From Candidatus Micrarchaeota archaeon (GTDB lineage: Archaea > Micrarchaeota > Micrarchaeia > Anstonellales > Bilamarchaeaceae), in the NCBI GenBank assembly GCA_016932815.1, contig JAFGCC010000015.1:1402-65401 (forward strand): a stretch of DNA of 64,000 nt, read 5' to 3'. Each line of letters starts with the position of its first letter. Within the stretch, counting starts at the first letter, position 1. The translations under genes were made by a program, and so were the position numbers. Below the pieces are notes generated by a model. It made no database searches and was not told the DNA's origin. It worked only from the letters and a program-made list of their open reading frames with translations. This document shows, in pieces, positions 50,258 through 57,356 of the stretch.

Positions 50258-51736
50258 CTATAATGCCTTAGCAATCTTCTGCCGGATTGCAATCTTCCTC
50301 TCAAGCCGGGCCTTTTCCAGCTCAAACTTGGCTATCTCTAGCCGTTCCCTATCAAGTCTCCCCCTTTCATCAGATGAGAGCGGCGTGCCCCCCTCCCCCC
50401 AGTTTTGCTTGTTCCTCTTGATAACTTCGGCCGTTACCCCCAGCTCCTTATGTGCCTCCGATAATTCGGATTTCGTTTTTTCCAGCTCTTCTTTGAGCCC
50501 ATCTATTTCCGCTTCAATAGCCTCCCTCCCGCTCCCACGCACTATATACAATTCGGTAAGCAGTTTTTCCTCAATTTTGGGTATTTCCGATTTCTCCCTC
50601 GCTAGGGCATCCTCCCATTTCTTGCGTGCAGAAACTTCTTTCCCATCCCATTCCTTCCTGGCGTTTTCGTACTCCGGGGTTTTGGCTGCTTCGCTCCAAG
50701 GCCCCCCGTAACGGGAAGTGATTTCATATAGGGCATCGTTTTTTTCTCTTATAAGAGAATGGTACTTCCCCCAAGCATCGTCCGTTTCATTTTCAATCTC
50801 CGCAATCTCCGAAGCCCCCACTGGCACATGAATCCCATACACGCTCTTCATAACCCGTTTTCCCTCTTCATAGTTGGATACGCTCCCCATAAGCCGTTCC
50901 ACCCAGGACCCGTCGGATCGCTTGGCCAAATTTGCCAGCTCCCTGGCTTTCTTTTCAACCCTGTTTCCCCGCTCCATGGCAGCTCCCCTGAGTTCCTGGC
51001 TTTTCCCATTATCACTTAGAATCCCGTTGCAGTAACCCAGTGCCTCTATGTACGCATAAATCAGTGTTCTTGGGCTAATTAGACCGAGCAGTTCTGCCGC
51101 ATTCTTCTCAACCGGAACATACTTCCCGAACCGGGCATCAAACTCTTCCCTGAATTTCTGCACTTCCTCCCCAACTTCCTTTTGCTCTTCCGGTGTCGGA
51201 ACCTTTTTCTGCTCCACGGGTTTAGGGGCTTCTTCACCGCCCCCTTCATCCATGCCCAGATACGTCCCCACCACGTCTATTACTTCTTCCTCTTCATCCT
51301 GCGCCCCGCCATCCGGCTCGCGCGCCTTGGTGAATTCCGGCTCCTCCACCCGCACCGGAACCTTCCCCTTTTTCTTCTCCCCAAAATAAGCGTCCCGCCC
51401 TATCTGGTAGGTTGCCCTTGCCCCTATAAGCTGTTCCCTCCAGAAACCGGTTCCCCCATCCGTGCCCAATGAGAGCAGTTCTTCCGCCTTCTTGTCAATA
51501 AGGTTCCCCATCTTCAGGGCGGCTTCCCCAAGTTCCCCGCCATTCCCCTGGCTGGCCAGGATTTTCTTGCAATAATCAAGCGCGGTTGCGTACGCCATCC
51601 CAAGCTTGTTTGGCCCCATGCGCCTAAGGAGCTCTTTGATATTCTCCCCAACCGGCACGTTCTGCCCGAACCATGCATTGAATTCCTGCAGTTGCGCCTG
51701 CCCTTCTTTCTGTCTCTGGCCGCCCATTTTTACCAC
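50258..51736 (-). CDS. Hypothetical protein with an internally duplicated ~100-aa module and a C-terminal coiled coil
   Basis: 492 aa. Module 1 (residues ~16-118) is LQEFNAWFGQNVPVGENIKELL...AYATALDYCKKIL. Module 2 (residues ~193-301) is QKFREEFDARFGKYVPVEKNAAELL...AYIEALGYCNGIL. An acidic linker separates them. The C-terminus is rich in E/K/R heptad-like sequence. Confidence 0.65.
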   Translation of the reverse strand: MVKMGGQRQKEGQAQLQEFNAWFGQNVPVGENIKELLRRMGPNKLGMAYATALDYCKKILASQGNGGELGEAALKMGNLIDKKAEELLSLGTDGGTGFWREQLIGARATYQIGRDAYFGEKKKGKVPVRVEEPEFTKAREPDGGAQDEEEEVIDVVGTYLGMDEGGGEEAPKPVEQKKVPTPEEQKEVGEEVQKFREEFDARFGKYVPVEKNAAELLGLISPRTLIYAYIEALGYCNGILSDNGKSQELRGAAMERGNRVEKKARELANLAKRSDGSWVERLMGSVSNYEEGKRVMKSVYGIHVPVGASEIAEIENETDDAWGKYHSLIREKNDALYEITSRYGGPWSEAAKTPEYENARKEWDGKEVSARKKWEDALAREKSEIPKIEEKLLTELYIVRGSGREAIEAEIDGLKEELEKTKSELSEAHKELGVTAEVIKRNKQNWGEGGTPLSSDERGRLDRERLEIAKFELEKARLERKIAIRQKIAKAL

Positions 51737-51840
51737 GCCCTTTTCTTTGTTCAGATTTTGTGCAGAAATATTTTTATTCTAGCACCGTAGCATCCCATGC
51801 CACGCATTCCCTTATAAATTCCCGCCCCAAAACCAATCCC

Positions 51841-52692
51841 ATGTTGGAAAAGCTCCTCTTCTCGCCCCTGCAAATGCCAGGCGAAATATTGCGCATGATA
51901 ATTGCAATTGCCGGAACAGCAGCAATCTCCTATTACGATATCTTCAACAACCGCAACGTTCCCGACAACCTCCTCTATGCATTCCTCATAATTGCATTCG
52001 CAACCAACCTCGTATTCCTGGACACCGACATCCTAATCTACGGATGCGCCCTAACCGCAATCCTCTTCGCATTGGGATACTTCCTCTACAAGAGCGGCCA
52101 GGTCGGGGGAGCCGACCTCTTTGCAGTGTGCGCTATAACCCTTCTCCTACCCATACTCCCATCCTCGTTTTCAGTGCCCTTCAACTACCCCCTGATTTTC
52201 CCGATACTCCTATACAGCGGAGCCGCATTCGCAGCCTACTCCTTATTCTTCTTCTCAAAAATAATCCTAAAATCCAAGAACGCAAAGCCCAACTACGTTT
52301 ACCTAATCCTCATAATCCCATATCTCCTATTCACCTACATCTTCGCTTCCGCGCCTTTCTTCTCCCCCGCCTATTTCCTCCTGGCCTCGCTTCTCCTCCT
52401 CTCATCCATTTTCTTCCTCCTATTCCGCGAAGCGATAAACGAGGGCATAATAAGCAAGGTCCCCCTAAACAAGGTGGACAACGAGGACGTCCTTGCAAAA
52501 GAGAAGATGGAGCCATTAATGAAGAAGCTCAAAATAGGGCCGGTATTGGGCAAAGCGGAAATGGAAAAACTAAAGAAAGCAAAAGTGAAGGAAGTCTGGA
52601 TTTACGCAACCCTTCCCCCGTTCCTGCCATTCCTCCTAATCGGGCTAATCCTCTCGCTGTTTTTTGGGGATGCAATCCTCCCGGTTTTCTAG
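51841..52692 (+). CDS. Archaeal type IV prepilin/preflagellin peptidase-like (A24 family) membrane protein
   Basis: The two candidate catalytic Asp contexts are AISYYDIFNNRNVPDN and GQVGGADLFAVCAI (GxGD/GGAD-like). The protein is polytopic. ATG 51841 lies about 25 nt after the TATA-like CTTATAAATT; the track start 51760 is rejected. Confidence 0.65.
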   Translation: MLEKLLFSPLQMPGEILRMIIAIAGTAAISYYDIFNNRNVPDNLLYAFLIIAFATNLVFLDTDILIYGCALTAILFALGYFLYKSGQVGGADLFAVCAITLLLPILPSSFSVPFNYPLIFPILLYSGAAFAAYSLFFFSKIILKSKNAKPNYVYLILIIPYLLFTYIFASAPFFSPAYFLLASLLLLSSIFFLLFREAINEGIISKVPLNKVDNEDVLAKEKMEPLMKKLKIGPVLGKAEMEKLKKAKVKEVWIYATLPPFLPFLLIGLILSLFFGDAILPVF

Positions 52693-52789
52693 CTCAAGGG
52701 CGCACGCGCACGCCTCCCCGCATTGCCTTCCCCCCACGAATGCAGAGTATCGCATATTTAATCATTCCCACACATAATATCTCCTGAAG

Positions 52790-53413
52790 GTGGGCTTCTT
52801 GCAAAAACAGCTTCTTTTTATCAACTGCAAAATGACTCGCAGAGCAGCGCAAAAATACGCAATGCGGCACAAAAAGAAGCTCGCCTCCCATGCCCTGATG
52901 GACCAGGCGATATTGCGGGGCGAAATGACGCGCCTAAGCTGGGCAAGGGAGTGGCTCGTTTATCCGCGCTCAAGGGGCTTTTTTACAAAAAAGCGCGACA
53001 TAAAAGACGAGCAGACCGGCTGCATCCTCCCATGGGAATTCGTAAGGGGAAAAGACGTTTTCAGGAAAAACGTTGCCCTTTTTGTCGACCCCAAAACCCT
53101 TGGCAAAAGCAAGAAGACCAAGGGCACAATCCTGATTCCAGAAGCGATAACCGTGCTGGAGAATTTCCCCCAGAAAGGAGAGCGCCTAGTCTGCGGCAGG
53201 GCGGATGAGAAAACCGCGATTCCATTGATAGTCCCCGCAGATGAATGGGGGCTCATCCTCCCCTGGATGAGGAGGAAGATTTTCCGCTTCTCAGAGCAGT
53301 CGGTTGTCCCAATCTCGCGCGGATACGAAGGATTTTTCGACCCGGAGGACAAGCACGTGGTGAATGCCTGCATGCAGGCTGGGTGCCTTTTCTGGCTCGC
53401 CCTTGAAGAGTGA
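52790..53413 (+). CDS. Hypothetical protein
   Basis: 207-aa ORF from GTG 52790; an alternative start is ATG 52832 (MTRRAAQKY). No recognised motif. Confidence 0.45.
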   Translation: MGFLQKQLLFINCKMTRRAAQKYAMRHKKKLASHALMDQAILRGEMTRLSWAREWLVYPRSRGFFTKKRDIKDEQTGCILPWEFVRGKDVFRKNVALFVDPKTLGKSKKTKGTILIPEAITVLENFPQKGERLVCGRADEKTAIPLIVPADEWGLILPWMRRKIFRFSEQSVVPISRGYEGFFDPEDKHVVNACMQAGCLFWLALEE

Positions 53414-53524
53414 TTTCCACTCATTGCAAACAAGGGTAAAAGAGGGCCCCCAAATGCCCAAAAATGCACGTTTTACGTCGGTATCCTCACTCCTTTAAAT
53501 AACTGCGCTTTCATATATGTCCCC

Positions 53525-55150
53525 ATGTCCGGTGGGAGAAAATACGTAGTAATCCTAGGGTCTATAATGTCCGGGCTTGGCAAGGGAATTCTCGCCGCCT
53601 CAATCGCCCGCATACTAAAAACGCACGGCTACAAGGTAGCCCCGATAAAGTTCGATGGCTACCTGAATGTTGACTGCGGAACGATGAACCCCTTCCGCCA
53701 CGGGGAGGTTTTCGTCCTCGATGACGGCGGGGAAGTGGACATGGATTTCGGAACATACGAACGATTCCTCAACACCTCGATTACGAGCAAGTCCTCAATC
53801 ACGGGAGGCAAGATATTCAGGCTCCTTCTTGATAAGGAGCGCAAGGGCGAATACCTCGGCCGCGACGTGCAGATGGTCCCGCACCTAACAAGCGAAATCA
53901 AGGAGCGCGTAAAGGATGTGGGAGAAGAATCCAAGGCCGACATAGTCCTAGTCGAAGTCGGGGGCACAGTAGGCGACATAGAAAACGGCTACTTCATAGA
54001 AGCAATGCGCCAGCTCTCCCTGGATGAGGATACCCTCTTCATCCAGCTAACCTACGTCCCAAGCCTCAGCCCCGGAGAGCAGAAAACCAAGCCCACCCAG
54101 CACGCAAACAGGCTAATTAGGAGCCTCGGTGTCAAGCCTGAAATCGTAATGTGCCGCGAGCAGGAGCCACTCTCAAAAGAGGCAAGGGAAAAAATCGCAC
54201 TCTTCTGCGACGTTCCCCAGGAGAACGTATTCGACGACCCCATGGTCCCGACCGTTTATGCCCTCCCGCAGATGCTAGAAAAGCAGGATTTCTACAATTC
54301 AATTGCAAAGAGGTTCCACCTGAGGAAGACCAAGGTCCCAGTGGGAATCTGGAACCGCATGGTAAAGCGCATAATCCGGCCCTCAAAGAGGAAACTGAGA
54401 GTGGGGATAGTGGGAAAATACACCGCGGTAAAAGACGCGTATGTGAGCGTGAAGGAGGCAATCGTGCACGCTTCCGCTGCAAACAACGTCTTCTCCGAGG
54501 TCGTTTTCGTAGAGTCCACGGAAATTGAGAAGCAGGGGACCAAGCTCCTCTCCAATCTTGATGCGATAATAGTCCCAGGGGGATTTGGCAAGAGGGGAAT
54601 AGAGGGGAAGATTGCCGCAATAAGGCACGCAAGGAAGAACAAAATCCCGTTTCTGGGATTGTGCCTCGGCCTGCAGATGATGGTAATAGAATACGCGCGG
54701 GACGTGTGCGGCCTAGAGGGCGCAAACTCCGGGGAGATAGACAAGGCAACCCCCTACCAGGTAATAGCCCTCCTCCCGGAACAGATGCGCATAGAGGAAA
54801 AGGGGGGCACGATGCGCCTTGGCTCATACCCCTGCGAAGTCAAGCCGGATTCTCGCGCATTCGCATGCTACAAGAAAAAGCTAATCCACGAGCGCCACAG
54901 GCACCGCTGGGAAGTAAATCCGCAGTACGTGGAGCAGCTAGAGGGCGCGGGCCTGGTAATCTCCGGAAAGTCACCGAACAAGGGGATAGTCGAGATGGTC
55001 GAGTGGCAGGAGAGCTTCGGAATCGGCACGCAGGCGCACCCCGAACTAAAAAGCAGGCTCGAAGACCCCGCGCCCTTGTTTGTGGGCGTAATAAAGGCGG
55101 CGCTAGAGCGCAGGAAGGAAAAGAAAAAGAAGCTTGAGAAGAAGGAATGA
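53525..55150 (+). CDS. pyrG: CTP synthase
   Basis: Motifs are KYVVILGSIMSGLGKGILAASI, KFDGYLNVDCGTMNPFRHGEVFV, the glutaminase GLCLGLQ, and HRHRWEVN. Confidence 0.95.
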   Translation: MSGGRKYVVILGSIMSGLGKGILAASIARILKTHGYKVAPIKFDGYLNVDCGTMNPFRHGEVFVLDDGGEVDMDFGTYERFLNTSITSKSSITGGKIFRLLLDKERKGEYLGRDVQMVPHLTSEIKERVKDVGEESKADIVLVEVGGTVGDIENGYFIEAMRQLSLDEDTLFIQLTYVPSLSPGEQKTKPTQHANRLIRSLGVKPEIVMCREQEPLSKEAREKIALFCDVPQENVFDDPMVPTVYALPQMLEKQDFYNSIAKRFHLRKTKVPVGIWNRMVKRIIRPSKRKLRVGIVGKYTAVKDAYVSVKEAIVHASAANNVFSEVVFVESTEIEKQGTKLLSNLDAIIVPGGFGKRGIEGKIAAIRHARKNKIPFLGLCLGLQMMVIEYARDVCGLEGANSGEIDKATPYQVIALLPEQMRIEEKGGTMRLGSYPCEVKPDSRAFACYKKKLIHERHRHRWEVNPQYVEQLEGAGLVISGKSPNKGIVEMVEWQESFGIGTQAHPELKSRLEDPAPLFVGVIKAALERRKEKKKKLEKKE

Positions 55151-55188
55151 AAAGGGAAGTTTTTTCCCTTTCCCCAATTTTTGTTTTT

Positions 55189-55536
55189 CTAGAGTTCCAG
55201 GTCCTTGTGCGGAACCGAGGAGAGCGCGTTCTTTAGCCTGTAGCGGGCTATTATCCCGCTTGCCCTCTCCATTTTCTCCCTGCGCCCTTCTGCCGAATTC
55301 CCTTCCAGGTATTCGTCTATGTAGAGCCCGAAGTCCGCAAGCGTCTTTGAGCCGTTTCCAACAAGCGTGCCTATTACGCGCGCTACAAGGAGCTTCCCGG
55401 CGTCGTCGCATCCCCAGATGCTAAGGGCCAGCGCAACCTGGTCCACAAAATGGTTCTTGTCCTCCTCGTCCATTTTCGCCCAGATTTCCACCATTTTTTT
55501 CTTTGTAGAAGAATCGAGCTTCTCAAAAGCGCCCAT
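55189..55536 (-). CDS. Hypothetical small protein
   Basis: 115-aa ORF, last of three contiguous small minus-strand ORFs downstream of the DRG GTPase gene. Its start abuts the stop of the previous ORF. Confidence 0.45.
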   Translation of the reverse strand: MGAFEKLDSSTKKKMVEIWAKMDEEDKNHFVDQVALALSIWGCDDAGKLLVARVIGTLVGNGSKTLADFGLYIDEYLEGNSAEGRREKMERASGIIARYRLKNALSSVPHKDLEL

Positions 55537-55821
55537 CTACGCCACCTTGTCCAGCTTGCGGGTGTTCCCGCTCTCAAGTGCGTCCCTGAGCGCCGTTGCG
55601 TATTCTGCGGCCTTTGGAAGGAGTGCCGCTTCCTGCTGCGTCAATTCCCCCTCATTCTCCCGAAGGCCCTTTGCCCTCTCCCTGGTTTTTATCTGCTCTA
55701 TGCGCACCCCGACTAGCTTGTCCATGTTCCCTATTACCTGCTCCCAGCGGGAGTCGGCCCCCTCCTCATCCTTCCGTTTTTTCTGCGCAGACCTTGGACC
55801 CATGAGTTTCACCACTTGCAA
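55537..55821 (-). CDS. Hypothetical small charged protein
   Basis: 94-aa ORF, Lys/Glu/Arg-rich and probably helical. It is contiguous with its neighbours. Confidence 0.4.
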   Translation of the reverse strand: MQVVKLMGPRSAQKKRKDEEGADSRWEQVIGNMDKLVGVRIEQIKTRERAKGLRENEGELTQQEAALLPKAAEYATALRDALESGNTRKLDKVA

Positions 55822-55844
55822 AAGTTCTTTCTCCCTAATTCTAT

Positions 55845-56147
55845 TTATTCCTTTTCCCGCCCCACTATGCTCCCTTCCAAATCAGGCACCACTTCCATCC
55901 AGTCTCCGCCCATTTTCTGGTAGAGCCTGCGCATGGTGGAATCGTAGACGAGATTGTTGGGCGCGGCGGTCTCCTTTGGCCTGTCTATCTCAATTAGGGG
56001 GAACCTCGCCATCCACCGCATCCTGTCCCTAAAAGGGTTGCGCTCTATTGTGAACATGACTTTTTTTTCCTTCTTTACCCCCTCGCACCATTCTATTACT
56101 TCATTGATTTCCTCTTGCGTCACCATCATTTTCCTCACCGTTTCCAT
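55845..56147 (-). CDS. Hypothetical small protein
   Basis: 100-aa ORF starting 33 nt downstream of the DRG gene stop. No recognised motif. Confidence 0.45.
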   Translation of the reverse strand: METVRKMMVTQEEINEVIEWCEGVKKEKKVMFTIERNPFRDRMRWMARFPLIEIDRPKETAAPNNLVYDSTMRRLYQKMGGDWMEVVPDLEGSIVGREKE

Positions 56148-56180
56148 TTGCCCTAAGCCATGGGGCGCTTCCCCCAGTGC

Positions 56181-57260
56181 CTATTTTTTCACTACGTAAA
56201 CTATGTCCTCGTTCTCAAGCAGGTGCTCAATCCCCACTCTCTGCCCCGGGAACTTCACGCTTTTGCCCCAGACAAGGGCGTACTTGAAGTTCCTGCGGTA
56301 ATCGCGGGGCAGCTTCTCTAGGAATTCCCCTATCGTGTCCCCCCTTTTTAGCATCATGGGTTCTTCGCGGTCTATCCCCTTTGTGCGCGTCTTGGTGTAA
56401 ACGCGCATGAAATGCAGGCTAGAATAGATGCTCTCGCGCAATTCCTCCATCCCCTCCCCCTTGTCCGCGGAAATGGAAATCGCCCCTTCCGGGAACCCTT
56501 CGGGAATCCCCCCGGTTATGTCCGTCTTGTTTACCGCAATTACCTGTGCAACGTAAACCCTGTTGCGCTCAAGCTTGTCTATTAGCTCTTCTCCGGTAAT
56601 GTCCTGCTTGATTGTCACAGTGGCATTGTGTATCCCGTATTCGTTTAGGATTGCAATGACCTCCTGCCTGCCGATTTTGGTTAGCTTCCTGGCGGTAATT
56701 ATATGCACGCCGCCTTTGACCTGCTTTTTTATGTCAACGTTCGGGGGCCTTTTCCCCATCCTTATCCCGACTTCCTCAAGCTCCCGCTTTATCGTCTCGT
56801 ATTCTCCCCTCTTGGTTGCATCCAGCATGACCAGTATCAGGTCCGCCTTCCTCGCAACCGAGAGCACCTCCTTTCCCCTCCCCTTGCCCTCTTTCGCCCC
56901 CTCTATTATCCCGGGGATGTCCAGGATTTGCATCTGCGCCCCCTTGTAATGCATGATTCCGGGTATGCACTCCAAGGTGGTGAATTCGTAAGCCGCCACC
57001 CGGCTTTTCGCATTGGTAATCTTGGAAATGAGCGTGGATTTTCCCACACTCGGAAACCCCACCATGACCACGGTGGCATCCCCCTGCTTCTTTATGTCAA
57101 AGCCGCTACCCCCGCCTTTGCGCGAGGCTTTCTCCAGAACCTCGCGCTGGAGCTTCGCCCTGCGGGCTAGGAGCAGCCCGATGTGGTGCTCGGTGCCCTT
57201 GTGCCTCTTGGTCTTTGCGAGCTCTTCTGTGATTTCCTTTATCCTGTCCTCTGCTCCCAT
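56181..57260 (-). CDS. Developmentally regulated GTP-binding protein (DRG/Rbg family) with a TGS domain
   Basis: G1 is GFPSVGKSTLI. G2 is YEFTTLECIPG. G3 is DIPGIIEGA. G4 is VNKTD. The C-terminal TGS segment is MLKRGDTIGEFLEKLPRDYRRNFKYALVWG...GQRVGIEHLLENEDIVYV. Confidence 0.9.
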   Translation of the reverse strand: MGAEDRIKEITEELAKTKRHKGTEHHIGLLLARRAKLQREVLEKASRKGGGSGFDIKKQGDATVVMVGFPSVGKSTLISKITNAKSRVAAYEFTTLECIPGIMHYKGAQMQILDIPGIIEGAKEGKGRGKEVLSVARKADLILVMLDATKRGEYETIKRELEEVGIRMGKRPPNVDIKKQVKGGVHIITARKLTKIGRQEVIAILNEYGIHNATVTIKQDITGEELIDKLERNRVYVAQVIAVNKTDITGGIPEGFPEGAISISADKGEGMEELRESIYSSLHFMRVYTKTRTKGIDREEPMMLKRGDTIGEFLEKLPRDYRRNFKYALVWGKSVKFPGQRVGIEHLLENEDIVYVVKK

Positions 57261-57286
57261 TAATGGCTAATCTTGCTTGGATAATT

Positions 57287-57296
57287 CTTTATATAC
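57287..57296 (-). promoter_or_regulatory. TATA-like box for the DRG GTPase gene
   Basis: The plus strand reads CTTTATATAC (minus GTATATAAAG). It lies about 26 nt upstream of the start codon at 57260-57258. Confidence 0.4.
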
Positions 57297-57325
57297 TTCC
57301 CTTTAGCCCTGCCATTTAAGATAAT

Positions 57326-57335
57326 CTTTATATAC
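57326..57335 (+). promoter_or_regulatory. TATA-like box for the secretion-ATPase-like gene
   Basis: CTTTATATAC is centred about 26 nt upstream of ATG 57357. The same 10-mer is used by the divergent promoter 40 nt away. Confidence 0.4.
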
Positions 57336-57356
57336 CTCCTCTTCCATTCCGTCTCC

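Noticed and set aside
52044-52787. 247-aa plus-strand ORF overlapping the prepilin-peptidase-like gene in another frame
   Set aside because: The product is Pro/Arg-rich and low-complexity. The other frame encodes a coherent polytopic membrane protein with the two Asp motifs.
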